From positions 156,708-220,707 of the forward strand of contig CAZVGK010000001.1 of NCBI GenBank assembly GCA_964626665.1: DNA of 64,000 nucleotides. The letters run 5' to 3'. Positions 19,322-29,273 of the stretch are shown piece by piece (the stretch's first letter is position 1; the number at the start of each line of letters is the position of its first letter). The DNA comes from an uncultured Gemmatimonadota bacterium (GTDB lineage: Bacteria; SM23-81; DAOVCL01). The translations under genes were made by a program, and so were the position numbers. Under the pieces are notes generated by a model that worked only from the letters and a program-made list of their open reading frames with translations, searched no databases and was not told where the DNA came from.

Positions 19322-19734
19322 AGGACTCCCTCTTGGGTGAGAAGCCTGGTCTTAATGGGCAATTTATAGGCGGCCAATTGCAGGGCCTCCTTGGCCAGAT
19401 CCTTAGGGACACCTCCCAACTCAAAGAGAATCCTCCCCGGCTTGACCACTGCCACCCAGTATTCCGGTGAGCCCTTTCCTTTGCCCATTCTGGTTTCCGC
19501 GGGTTTGACAGTAACGGGTTTATCAGGGAAGATCCTAGTCCAGACTTTTCCCCCTCTTTTCACCTTTCTGGTCATCGCCACCCTGGCTGCCTCTATCTGC
19601 CGATTGGTTATCCAGGCCGGTTCCAGGGCCTGAATGGCGTATTCGCCGAAGTTTATCTCTGAGCCCCGATAGGACTTGCCCTTCATCCGGCCCCTCTGTT
19701 GTTTTCTAAATTTTACCCTTTTGGGCATTAACAT
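19318..19734 (-). CDS. rplP: 50S ribosomal protein L16
   Basis: [21 protein letters not shown]. Confidence 0.98.
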   Translation of the reverse strand: MLMPKRVKFRKQQRGRMKGKSYRGSEINFGEYAIQALEPAWITNRQIEAARVAMTRKVKRGGKVWTRIFPDKPVTVKPAETRMGKGKGSPEYWVAVVKPGRILFELGGVPKDLAKEALQLAAYKLPIKTRLLTQEGVL

Positions 19735-19761
19735 CCTATTGCCTCCTGACCAACCTCTCCT

Positions 19762-20412
19762 CTATAAAGCGGGTACGGCTCCCTTTTCAGGTAAGATCTC
19801 CCCTTTGTAAATCCAGATCTTGACCCCTATGCAACCATAGGTTGTATGAGCAGTGGCTTCACCGTAGTCAATGTCTGCCCTCAAGGTATGCAAAGGGACC
19901 CTCCCCTCCTTGTACTCCTCCTTGCGGGACATCTCTGCCCCCCCTATGCGCCCCTTGCAGGCTATCCTAAATCCGGCTGCTCCCATTCTCATTGCCGAAG
20001 TCACGGCCTTTTTCATCGCTCGGCGGAAGAACACCCTTCCCTCTAATTGGCGGGCTATGTTCTCGGAGACTAGCTGGGCGTCCAGCTCCGGTCGTTTGAT
20101 CTCCAGTATATTGAGCATCATTTCCCTTTTCACTAGGTGTTGGAGCTCCCCCTTCAATTTCTCTACCTCCACCCCCTTACGGCCAATGACTACTCCCGGA
20201 CGGGCGGTGTGCAGGTTTATGGTAACCTTTTTTGGGGTGCGGGTAATCTCCACTGAGGAAACCTCAGCATTTTTTAGTCGTCGTTTGATGTAGGCCCTGA
20301 TCATTAAGTCCTCTTGTAAAAGCTGCGGGAAATCCCTCTTGGCGAACCAATTCGACTGCCAGCTTTTAATAACTTTCAACCTGAATCCTATGGGGTGAGT
20401 CTTCTGTCCCAA
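19762..20412 (-). CDS. rpsC: 30S ribosomal protein S3
   Basis: [26 protein letters not shown]. Confidence 0.98.
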   Translation of the reverse strand: MGQKTHPIGFRLKVIKSWQSNWFAKRDFPQLLQEDLMIRAYIKRRLKNAEVSSVEITRTPKKVTINLHTARPGVVIGRKGVEVEKLKGELQHLVKREMMLNILEIKRPELDAQLVSENIARQLEGRVFFRRAMKKAVTSAMRMGAAGFRIACKGRIGGAEMSRKEEYKEGRVPLHTLRADIDYGEATAHTTYGCIGVKIWIYKGEILPEKGAVPAL

Positions 20413-20497
20413 ATAAGTCCTCCTTTAAGTTAACCGTAATGTAAAAATGTTGGTTTACAGGATCTTTGTTTGTCTTGTCTATAAAAAAGGTGTTTAG

Positions 20498-20845
20498 CTA
20501 ATCCCTGGTATCAGAGACCACTACGGTGATGTGGCTTGTCCTTCTCCTTATCCGCACTACCCTGCCCATTGTCTGGGGGCGAAACCTCTTCATAGTTGGT
20601 CCCTCATCGGCCGTTGCCTTCTTAATAAACAGATCCTCAACGCTCAACTTTGAACTGCCCTCTATGTTGATGGCATTGGCTACAGCGGACTTTATCACCT
20701 TCTCCAAAAACCTGGAGGGCCGTTTTGGGGTAAACTGCAATATCTGGAGGGCGGAATTCACATCCTTCCCCCTGACCAGGTTTGTATACCTGCGGAGTTT
20801 ATGGGGGGAAATTCTCTGATATTTTGCTACTGCAGTTGCTTCCAT
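20498..20845 (-). CDS. rplV: 50S ribosomal protein L22
   Basis: RISPHK, SAVANA, DEGPTMKRFRP, RTSHITVVV. Confidence 0.97.
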   Translation of the reverse strand: MEATAVAKYQRISPHKLRRYTNLVRGKDVNSALQILQFTPKRPSRFLEKVIKSAVANAINIEGSSKLSVEDLFIKKATADEGPTMKRFRPQTMGRVVRIRRRTSHITVVVSDTRD

Positions 20846-21132
20846 CACCTTGGTGCCGTCGATCGTTCCGTTATCCTCCCACTGTGTCCCCGGAAGATTC
20901 GAGTGGGAGCGAACTCACCTAACTTGTGGCCCACCAAATTCTCGGAGATGTATACCGGCATAAATTTGTTGCCGTTGTGGATGGCTAAGGTGTGGCCGAC
21001 GAAATCTGGGGTTATTGTTGAGCGTCGCGACCAGGTTTTGATTACCTTCTTCTGCCCGGTCTCATTGAGAAGTTTGATCTTCTTTAAGAGTTTAGCGTCA
21101 ACATAGGGGCCCTTTTTCACCGATCTGGGCAT
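20845..21132 (-). CDS. rpsS: 30S ribosomal protein S19
   Basis: [28 protein letters not shown]. Confidence 0.98.
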   Translation of the reverse strand: MPRSVKKGPYVDAKLLKKIKLLNETGQKKVIKTWSRRSTITPDFVGHTLAIHNGNKFMPVYISENLVGHKLGEFAPTRIFRGHSGRITERSTAPR

Positions 21133-21134
21133 TT

Positions 21135-21956
21135 TTAACCTCTCCTTCTGACTATGAGCTTATCCGAGGCCTTCTTCTTCCTTGTTTTATATCCCTTAGT
21201 GGCCACTCCCCAGGGGGTGGTGGGATGCCTTCCTCCCGAGCTTTTCCCCTCACCTCCACCCATAGGGTGGTCAACGGGGTTCATGGCAACACCTCTGACT
21301 TTTGGGCGACGGCCCAGCCAACGGGTCTTTCCTGCCGTGCCAAAGGAGATCTTTTCGTGGTCTGGATTGCCTACCGTCCCAATGGTGGCTCCACATTGAG
21401 AGGGAAAGTTCCTTACTTCCCCGGAGGGAAGCCGCAACTGCACCCGTCTCCCTTCCTTGGCGACCACCTGGGCCCCCGCGCCTGCCCCCCGGACAATTTG
21501 CCCTCCCTTCCCTGGTTTGAGCTCCACATTGTGCACTATGGTGCCTAGGGGAACTCTTATTAGGGGAAGAAAATTGCCCACTCTGATCTCGGCCTGGGGT
21601 CCGGAGCTGATGCTGTCTCCTGGCTTGAGCCCTAGGGGGGCAATTATGTATCTCTTCTCCCCGTCCGCATAATTGAGCAAGGCTATCCTTGCCGAGCGGT
21701 TGGGATCATACTCAATGGAGGCCACCTTGGCTGGGATACCGAACTTGTCCCTTCTGAAGTCGATGATCCGATAGCGCCTCTTGTGCCCTCCCCCGCGATG
21801 TCGCATGGTTATCCTTCCCCTGTTGTTCCTCCCTCCCTTTTTCTTCAGGGGACGGAGAAGCGGCTTCTCCGGTTGGGTCCTGGTCAACTCCTCAAATGTG
21901 GGGGAGGTCTTAAACCTCATCCCTGAGGTGATTGGATTTAGCTTCTTAATGGCCAT
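21135..21956 (-). CDS. rplB: 50S ribosomal protein L2
   Basis: [26 protein letters not shown]. Confidence 0.98.
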   Translation of the reverse strand: MAIKKLNPITSGMRFKTSPTFEELTRTQPEKPLLRPLKKKGGRNNRGRITMRHRGGGHKRRYRIIDFRRDKFGIPAKVASIEYDPNRSARIALLNYADGEKRYIIAPLGLKPGDSISSGPQAEIRVGNFLPLIRVPLGTIVHNVELKPGKGGQIVRGAGAGAQVVAKEGRRVQLRLPSGEVRNFPSQCGATIGTVGNPDHEKISFGTAGKTRWLGRRPKVRGVAMNPVDHPMGGGEGKSSGGRHPTTPWGVATKGYKTRKKKASDKLIVRRRG

Positions 21957-21994
21957 AACTTCTTTCTCAATTTAAGCGTTTCGCTAAAGCCTTA

Positions 21995-22212
21995 AACACG
22001 AATTCCACAAATATACAAATAGCACGAACTACAATTCTTGTAAATTCCCAGGGGATCTGTTTTTAGGGATCCTCACTCTTAATTCACATTTCTGTTTTTC
22101 TCTGAGGGATCCCACTAATCAGCAGTCAGCTCCCCCCAATTTCCAATTTTCGCCCTTACGAGTATCGACTCTTCTATTCATGTAGATTCGTTTATTCGTG
22201 TCATTTGTGTTC
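21995..22212. repeat. Intergenic repeat element at the rplB-side boundary of the insertion
   Basis: cacgaat/cacaaat/cacgaac units at left, attcatg/attcgtt/attcgtg/atttgtg at right (inverted); internal 22054-22091 repeated at 28311-28348. Confidence 0.65.
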
Positions 22213-22231
22213 TAAAGCTTCTACTTTGGCC

Positions 22232-25200
22232 TTATTTGAGTAACACCATTTTTCTGGTAAGCGAGAAATCTCCTGCTTGAAAACGGCAAAAATAGATACC
22301 ACTTGTCACCTCTTTTCCACTCCGATCCTTGCCATCCCAGTAAGTTTTGTAATACCCACTTGACTTATCCTCATCCACCAGAGTTTTCACTAATTGCCCT
22401 TTTATATTATAGATCTTGAGGGTCACATAGGTGTTTCCCGCGAGTCCGTAATTGATCTCCGTGATTAGGTTAAAAGGATTAGGGTAGTTCTGGGAGAGGG
22501 TAAACACAGATGGCACTGGAGATTCGTTGCACGAGGGTACGGACTTTTTATCCTCTCGAACATAATGGCCGGTGGTGACCAGGACGAAATCCCTCTCATA
22601 ATCACTCAACTGCTTGGGGGCAGAAAAGGCCAGCCTCACCTCTTGCCCAGGAATCAACTCGGCATAGACTCCATCTGGCTGCAAAAGGGACTTCAGGACA
22701 GAACCATTTGCTGAGTGAAGGGCCTTAGCCAGTGGACAACTCCGAATCTTTAAGGACACATCTTCAGCCCCAACCAGCCCAATAAAATCTAAATCATAAG
22801 GTATCTGCCAAAGGAGACGCACCTCTACCTCTCTCCCCTCAGATACTCTCCATGGCAACTCTACCAACTCCGTATACTTGTTCTCCCTATAACTGATTCC
22901 CAATACTGTCTGAGATTTGGGGAAATCATCTCCAATAATCAACATAGGTTCCGCTTTGGGACGCCTTTTGCTCTGGTCTTTAGCAACCGTTCCACCTATG
23001 ACCAAGGCCACTTTCCTAATCCCTTTAACCTGGCCGAAATTAACCGTGAGCTCATCCCCTCCTCTCCCCCTGAAAACCAGACCATCCGCCGCTGAAACAT
23101 ATTTTGAGAATTCTCCACCCAAAGAATCAACAGCAGATATTGGGCCAGTCAGCTTCTTGTAACCCAATATCTTTCCCGATGTGCTAACTGCAACCTTAAC
23201 TTCAGATGGATGCTCCACCGCCATAAGCTGTAGCTGATCGATCCAGGAGTGTTCATTTTCAAATTCGCGAAGCTCAAGATAGTAGTTTCCGTCTTCAGGG
23301 ACAAGGGGTTGTTGAAGCTGGTAGTAATCGCTTATGTCCTTACCCTCATTCTCCAGCAGTTCAGCAAGAGGTAGAAGGTTATTGTCCTCTACACTCTTCT
23401 CTCCATCCCAGGTAAACACATAGGGACAACCATTGTAGGGCGAATGATGATGATAAAAAGCTCCCATATCTGCCCTTGTCCCATCAGGATCCTTTGGACT
23501 AAGGGGATAACCTGTATCTATGCAAGGTGAACCCGCTTGTAGGTGATAATCACCATTGGCAGAATTTAAGAACATTGGATCAGCAGATATATCTTCTCTA
23601 CCTACTGCACAACCCTGGTAGTTAACGCCATTACCCCATAGGTCATTGTAAGATATGTTTGGGAAAAGATCAACATCACTATAAATACCATAATCGCTAT
23701 TACTGGTGATTATGGTATTTGTAATAGTCAGATAGCAGTTATCAATGCATCGAATACCCGTGTTATTACCAGGGATCGTGTTGTTGATAATATTTGGACA
23801 GCATTGTAGTGTGCATTGAACAGCAATATTATTATTAGTGAGCAAATTCCTCTCAATATCGGGGGAGGCAGAAAACATACAACCTATCCCAAAATGTGAC
23901 ATATCGGTAATGGTATTACTACGGATTTTGCAGAGATGAGATGATGACCCCCAGCAGAGGATACCATAGGTATCATCACCGTTGCCAAGGATTGAGTTGT
24001 TACTAATAGTTAGATAGTTAGAAGTAGGTGAGCAGGCTAATCCCTCGTTTTCAACAGTAATCTTATTGTGGGAAATCTCCCCCCACCCATTAGCGACAAC
24101 AGCATATTGACAGTGACTTATCTCGCTGTTGCTTATGGTGGCAAATGAATTGAACCAGACCCCTTGATAGGCGTCTTTTATGGCGCAAAAATTTAAAGTT
24201 AAATTACCACCATCGCCAATATGGGTGGATATCCCTCCCCAATCTGAGATAGAAGGGGCCGAAGTATTTGATGAACAAAAGGTAATTTCGTAGTCATCTA
24301 CCCCGATAGCCCTTAATGCCCCATCCACCAAAAGCTCACATTTATCTGGATAAAGCCCTATATTTTGGACATCACTATTTGCCGAGAAGTAAACAGTAAC
24401 CCCAGGGTCTATAGTGAGGAGGGCTCCATCATCCACAGTTACATCGCCATATACATAGATGTCCCCTGACCAGGTGGTGTTTTCAGTAATATGTCCATGA
24501 ACTCCACATGCAAGTTCGGTTTCATAAGGTATGTTGTTGTGTTTAGTAACTGTAACCTTCAACTCATCATAGGTGGAAAAAGAGGTGTTGAAGGTCGCCT
24601 CTCCGTTAGCATCGGTATATTGGATTTCGTGATAGTCCTCACTCTCTTTCCATAGACATACCAAGGCATCCGGAACACCAGCATTGATAGTAATACTGCT
24701 GGGGCCGATCTGATAGAAGCAGGGATGGGAGACGGCAAGAGGTTGAGGCACCCCTGTCCAGATCCGCAGGGCCGGATCCCCAAGGACATGGAAATCCTCG
24801 AACTCAACCCTGGTTACCTCGGGGGTAGGTGCCCATTTTGAAGGATATCCTGCCCCACCTGTGAGGACATATTTGTCGAACATCCAGAACTTGCCGTAGT
24901 TCAGGATCGCACCCAACCGGTCTGTCGGGCTACCGATCTGTGTGCCGCAGTACCCGGGGTCGAAGTCGTCCCAGATGGCGTCGTAGAACCCCTTGCAAAG
25001 CTCATCGTTATACCCGCTGTAGCTGATCCTGGTCGAGCCGATGAAGCCCACAACCCCCTTCCCCTGGGCCTTCAACAGTGCCTCTCCCAGGCAATCCGTG
25101 ATCAGATAATCGGGGGAGTCCAGATCGGTCTCCCCATCGAACCATCCGGTCCGGCAATTAATGCTGAACATCACCGGGAGCTTATCACCGTTACCCAGGC

Positions 25201-26677
25201 TGGGAATATCCTCGGTGACGAACCACGGCTTATTCCAACCATTGTAGCCACCAGATGGGGCATTATAGGAGTCTCCGTGATCCCGATGATTGACTAAGAA
25301 ACATCCCTGGTTGATCGCATCGATCACGTCCTGGGTGGTGCCATCGAAGGTCAGATGCCCCGGGATGGGATCTCCATTGTGGTAGTACTGAGGGGTTGAC
25401 CCTATTGAGCAGGTGTAAACCCTCTGACGGTCATACCCCTCGCCCTCTAAGAAATCCTGGACCACCTCAGAGGTGTAAATGAAAAACCTGTCCTCCCGGC
25501 CATCAGGTTTGAAGTCCTCGAAATGGCCCGCCAACAGAACCCGGTTGAACCACTCCGAGCTTGTTGTATACGGATCCCGCTCATACCCCAGGATCTTGTC
25601 CACGACTATCCCGATATCCGACTCATCCACCGGCAACCTCCCCACCAGGATATCGGGGAAATCGACCAACTGAGTGTCAGGTGGGTCGTTCTCTGTATCG
25701 ACTGTGGCGTAGTAGAGATCAGTCCCGACCTTTTCGTCTCCAAATGGATGAGGATACTTGTAATGGACTGGTAGAAGATCTGCATCGCCGACCAGAAGGA
25801 GAAAAGATGGGGCCGGATCCCAGGTGTCATAGGCAACCTGGACATAATCGGCGATCTGGTCAGCCGTGGGATCACCCCCTAACTCCGAGAGCTTGACGAC
25901 TCTGGTCTTGAGTCCTGTCCGCTGCCTCCATTCAGCTAAAGGCAGGATCTCATCGTAAAGGTCGTCATGCACCATGATCAGGTAGTCCGCCCCGTCGCCA
26001 CCCTTCCCCTTCCCCCCACCCACTGGTTCGTAGTTGAGGGCCAGCCTGTTGAGCATAGACCGAAAATGGGGGGAATCCTTGGGGCTGGCCACGGATCCGG
26101 CACCACTCACGCTCACCCTGAGCTCGGGATAGACCCTCAACTGCCCGGTAACAGGATTGTGCTGCACCGGGTAGAGGATGACCAGGACAAGCCTATGACC
26201 CCGAAGTACCCTGGGAAAGCTGAGGGCGACTATGTTCTTCGGGTAAAAGCCGTCCTCGGAATATAGGGAGTCATCCCTGACGAACTCGGTCGTGTCGTCC
26301 CACTCGATCCGTGGCTCCTGGGCCGGATAGACCAGATACCCATCCAGGATCTGACTGGTCGAGTCGATGATGGTGACCGTGGGCTCGACCCCGGGCTCGA
26401 TCTCCATCAGTATGGCCACGGTGGGGAGCTCTGGCCGGCCGATCTCGGCGATATGCCCGCCGCCGGAAAACCTCAGCAGTTGATAGGTATCCCCCTCGGC
26501 CTCCATGTCGTGGCTGATCAGACCATATGTCTCCAGCTCGATGATTTCCGAGCCAGAAAGGGTAATCTGCGGCCTGGTCGGAGTGGTCGCATCCCCAAAG
26601 GAGACCCACATTCCGTAACCAGCGCTGGGGACAAATCCCAGCAAGGCCACCACTATAAGAAAACGAATCGCCTTCAT
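22232..26677 (-). CDS. Secreted gingipain-like C25 cysteine peptidase with propeptide, parallel beta-helix region and C-terminal sorting/FlgD-Ig domain
   Basis: Signal peptide; GRPELP propeptide; LLLVGDAD, VGRLP, NHRDHG (His), SINCRTG (Cys), FHVLGDPA; DPDGTRADMGA; SQNYPNPFN...WDGKD..G.EV.SGIYF. Confidence 0.88.
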   Translation of the reverse strand: MKAIRFLIVVALLGFVPSAGYGMWVSFGDATTPTRPQITLSGSEIIELETYGLISHDMEAEGDTYQLLRFSGGGHIAEIGRPELPTVAILMEIEPGVEPTVTIIDSTSQILDGYLVYPAQEPRIEWDDTTEFVRDDSLYSEDGFYPKNIVALSFPRVLRGHRLVLVILYPVQHNPVTGQLRVYPELRVSVSGAGSVASPKDSPHFRSMLNRLALNYEPVGGGKGKGGDGADYLIMVHDDLYDEILPLAEWRQRTGLKTRVVKLSELGGDPTADQIADYVQVAYDTWDPAPSFLLLVGDADLLPVHYKYPHPFGDEKVGTDLYYATVDTENDPPDTQLVDFPDILVGRLPVDESDIGIVVDKILGYERDPYTTSSEWFNRVLLAGHFEDFKPDGREDRFFIYTSEVVQDFLEGEGYDRQRVYTCSIGSTPQYYHNGDPIPGHLTFDGTTQDVIDAINQGCFLVNHRDHGDSYNAPSGGYNGWNKPWFVTEDIPSLGNGDKLPVMFSINCRTGWFDGETDLDSPDYLITDCLGEALLKAQGKGVVGFIGSTRISYSGYNDELCKGFYDAIWDDFDPGYCGTQIGSPTDRLGAILNYGKFWMFDKYVLTGGAGYPSKWAPTPEVTRVEFEDFHVLGDPALRIWTGVPQPLAVSHPCFYQIGPSSITINAGVPDALVCLWKESEDYHEIQYTDANGEATFNTSFSTYDELKVTVTKHNNIPYETELACGVHGHITENTTWSGDIYVYGDVTVDDGALLTIDPGVTVYFSANSDVQNIGLYPDKCELLVDGALRAIGVDDYEITFCSSNTSAPSISDWGGISTHIGDGGNLTLNFCAIKDAYQGVWFNSFATISNSEISHCQYAVVANGWGEISHNKITVENEGLACSPTSNYLTISNNSILGNGDDTYGILCWGSSSHLCKIRSNTITDMSHFGIGCMFSASPDIERNLLTNNNIAVQCTLQCCPNIINNTIPGNNTGIRCIDNCYLTITNTIITSNSDYGIYSDVDLFPNISYNDLWGNGVNYQGCAVGREDISADPMFLNSANGDYHLQAGSPCIDTGYPLSPKDPDGTRADMGAFYHHHSPYNGCPYVFTWDGEKSVEDNNLLPLAELLENEGKDISDYYQLQQPLVPEDGNYYLELREFENEHSWIDQLQLMAVEHPSEVKVAVSTSGKILGYKKLTGPISAVDSLGGEFSKYVSAADGLVFRGRGGDELTVNFGQVKGIRKVALVIGGTVAKDQSKRRPKAEPMLIIGDDFPKSQTVLGISYRENKYTELVELPWRVSEGREVEVRLLWQIPYDLDFIGLVGAEDVSLKIRSCPLAKALHSANGSVLKSLLQPDGVYAELIPGQEVRLAFSAPKQLSDYERDFVLVTTGHYVREDKKSVPSCNESPVPSVFTLSQNYPNPFNLITEINYGLAGNTYVTLKIYNIKGQLVKTLVDEDKSSGYYKTYWDGKDRSGKEVTSGIYFCRFQAGDFSLTRKMVLLK

Positions 26678-26694
26678 CCTAACCTCCTTGACTT

Positions 26695-27909
26695 TTATCT
26701 CACCAACATCAACTTCCTCACATTGGTGAGGGCTCTCCCTCTTCTGTTCTCAGCCCGCAACAGGCAAAGATATATCCCACTTGGTACTTCCTTCCCTCCC
26801 CCATCCCTCCCATCCCAGATCACCCGATGCTCTCCAGGTGGCTGTGGGCCATCCACCAGTGTCCGCACCACCTGTCCCAAGATGTTGTAGACCCTCAAGG
26901 TGGTTGGAACTGACCACTGACCACTGACCACTGGGGAAGGGAGGTGGTAGGGGATGACGGTACCCGAATTGAACGGGTTCGGATAGTTCTGGCCCAGGGC
27001 GAAAAACCCTGGAACGATGGCCTTATCCTCAGATGGAACCCAATTGTGTGGCCTTGACCTGGGGTTTCTGACCCCATCGACCTCCCCAAATTGAGGACCT
27101 GTCGGCTCCGTGGAGGTGGTGGTGCAATCACCGTCGCCGATCGTGTCCACAGGAAAGCCAAGGGTGGTGTCGATATTCCCCTCACACTGCAGGTAGTTGC
27201 CGTCCAGGAAGCCCCCTCCCATGATGGTGTGGGATCCAAAGTTCCAACCGATGGTGAATATAATGTCGTTCTCCAACAACAAAGGATTGCTCGGTTCCAA
27301 CCCAAAGAGCGCTCCTCCTCCTCCCGACCTCAAAAAGCAATATTCGATCACTGGAAAGGAAGAACTGTCACAGGCGACCAAAAACCCCCCCGTCTCAACC
27401 TGACTGCTCGTCCACATCAGCTTGCAGTGGGAGATGGTGGGAGAGGCGTTAGATATCTGGATCATTATACCCTCGGCACTGCTGGTGTGCTCCACCACAC
27501 AGTACCTAAGAATGCACTCCGAATCCACACAGGTATCGTTAAATTTTATCCCCCCCCAGGCAGTCCAAGGCCACTCTTCACCATCGTCGGTGAAGCTAAT
27601 CATCACATCTGGCTTCCCGCAGGCCTCTAAGGCCCCGTTGATGGTCAACCCAATAGCCTCCTCGAACTTCAACACCATCCCCGGATCTATGACCAGCTTG
27701 TCGTTGGCCGAGATGGTTAGGTTCCCACTTATCAGATAATACCCCTCATCCCGCCAGGTGACATCATCGGTAAGCTCGTCCACCATCTGCATGGTGTAAA
27801 CCGTCCCATCCCCAGGGGAAACCCAATCGGCCCAGGCCAAAAGGGGGAAACACCAGATGATGCTGATAAAGACGATTAAACTCCTCCATTCTCTCATCCT
27901 CACCTCCAA
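26695..27909 (-). CDS. Secreted beta-helix-like protein with C-terminal sorting/FlgD-Ig domain
   Basis: Signal peptide; L.IDPG..LKF, WGGIKF, SPTISHC; GQNYPNPFN, WDGRDGGGKEVPSGIY. Confidence 0.82.
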   Translation of the reverse strand: MEVRMREWRSLIVFISIIWCFPLLAWADWVSPGDGTVYTMQMVDELTDDVTWRDEGYYLISGNLTISANDKLVIDPGMVLKFEEAIGLTINGALEACGKPDVMISFTDDGEEWPWTAWGGIKFNDTCVDSECILRYCVVEHTSSAEGIMIQISNASPTISHCKLMWTSSQVETGGFLVACDSSSFPVIEYCFLRSGGGGALFGLEPSNPLLLENDIIFTIGWNFGSHTIMGGGFLDGNYLQCEGNIDTTLGFPVDTIGDGDCTTTSTEPTGPQFGEVDGVRNPRSRPHNWVPSEDKAIVPGFFALGQNYPNPFNSGTVIPYHLPSPVVSGQWSVPTTLRVYNILGQVVRTLVDGPQPPGEHRVIWDGRDGGGKEVPSGIYLCLLRAENRRGRALTNVRKLMLVR

Positions 27910-27913
27910 TTCC

Positions 27914-27967
27914 TTACCTCACCAATATCAACTTCCTCACGTTGGTGAGAGCTCTTCCTCTTCTGTA
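27914..27967 (-). pseudogene. 3' remnant of a paralogue of the 26695-27909 gene
   Basis: Encodes YRRGRALTNVRKLILVR* versus NRRGRALTNVRKLMLVR* at 26695-26748. Confidence 0.8.
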
Positions 27968-28141
27968 ATATAGGGACACTTCCCAATAATTGTTAAGTCC
28001 TCAAGCACTATCGTCCCCTCTGTCTCCCTCGCTTATCTTTTCACCTTTGTACCAAATCTCTATAAGCCTTTGTCTTTCGTATTTTCGATCTCTGAATTCT
28101 TTTTGCCCACTCCTGTAGATTCTTTTATCCGCGTCACCTGT

Positions 28142-28272
28142 CCCGCACTTATGCATAAGTGCGGGGTGAATATTCCAAAGCTCTACAGGTCAAGGGTTCT
28201 TAGGGCTTAAGCTCCTTCGCCGGACTTGGATAGAAGGGGCCTCAAAAGGCCCTTAACCTTGCACTAAAGTGC
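28142..28272. repeat. REP-like palindromes
   Basis: Perfect 24-nt palindrome cccgcacttatgcataagtgcggg (28142-28165) and related gcactaaagtgc (28261-28272). Confidence 0.7.
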
Positions 28273-28359
28273 GGCAGAATGGACATTCCTCTAAGTTCCC
28301 AAAGGTCAGAGATCGGTCTTTAAGGATCCTCATTCTTAATTCAAAATTCTTAATTGCCT

Positions 28360-28650
28360 TTACCCCCCCTCAAAGATGCTGATGATGTCTCCTTCCTTTA
28401 GTTTGACAATAGCCTTCTTCCAATTTGACCGCCTGCCCTCGTATCTTCCCATTCTCTTCGGTTTCCCCTTCATGAGCATAGTCTTTACATCCAGGACATT
28501 CACCCGAAAGAGCTTCTCCACTGCCCACTTCACCTCTATCTTGTTAGCCCTTCTATCGACCACAAAGGCATATTGATTGCTCGCTTCCTTGAGATTGTTG
28601 CTCTTCTCCGTGATATAAGGCCTTTTGATGATTGTGCGGGGGTCTCTCAT
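28360..28650 (-). CDS. rplW: 50S ribosomal protein L23
   Basis: PYITEKS, ANKIEVK.AVE.LF, WKKAIV.L. Confidence 0.97.
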   Translation of the reverse strand: MRDPRTIIKRPYITEKSNNLKEASNQYAFVVDRRANKIEVKWAVEKLFRVNVLDVKTMLMKGKPKRMGRYEGRRSNWKKAIVKLKEGDIISIFEGG

Positions 28651-29273
28651 GATAAAGCCTCCTTAAGGGTCGAAATGGCCTCTGGGGTGATAAGGAGGAA
28701 ATCTGAATTTAATATCTCATAGGCATTGGTATTCATAGCCGTTCGTAACTTTAAGCCCGCGAGGTTAGAGGTTGCCCGGAGAAGGTTGTGGTCAGCAGAG
28801 ACCACCAGCAAAAGGCCCTTCTTCCCCTTTAACCCTAATCTTTCCAAGAAGGAGGCGAAGGCCTTTGTCTTTGGCGACTCCAGTTTTACCTCATCTAATC
28901 CCCAGACTGCACCCCTTTGGGCCAGGGAGGAAAGGGCGGATTTGAGGGCTAACCGCCTCATTTTTTTGGGAATTTCCTTGTGCCTGGGGTGAGGAGAAGG
29001 ACCAAAGGTTTTGCCCCCACCCACCCAGAGGGGAGAGTTGGAGCTTCCTGCCCTTGCCCTTCCGGTGCCCTTCTGTCTCCAGGGCTTGGCCCCTCCCCCC
29101 TTCATTTGGGAGCGGCCTTTAGCCATTGCTGTCCCCTGGCCCTGGTTATAGGAGTAGGCCTTAAGGTAGGCATAAAGGGCCCCTTGGTTAGGGGCGATCT
29201 CAAAGACCTCTTTGGGGAGCTTCAAACTACCTATCTCTTCCCCGTTAAGGGAGTAGTGGGGGATCTCTTTCAT
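28647..29273 (-). CDS. rplD: 50S ribosomal protein L4
   Basis: KPWRQKGTGRARAGS, GGG.TFGP. Confidence 0.97.
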   Translation of the reverse strand: MKEIPHYSLNGEEIGSLKLPKEVFEIAPNQGALYAYLKAYSYNQGQGTAMAKGRSQMKGGGAKPWRQKGTGRARAGSSNSPLWVGGGKTFGPSPHPRHKEIPKKMRRLALKSALSSLAQRGAVWGLDEVKLESPKTKAFASFLERLGLKGKKGLLLVVSADHNLLRATSNLAGLKLRTAMNTNAYEILNSDFLLITPEAISTLKEALS

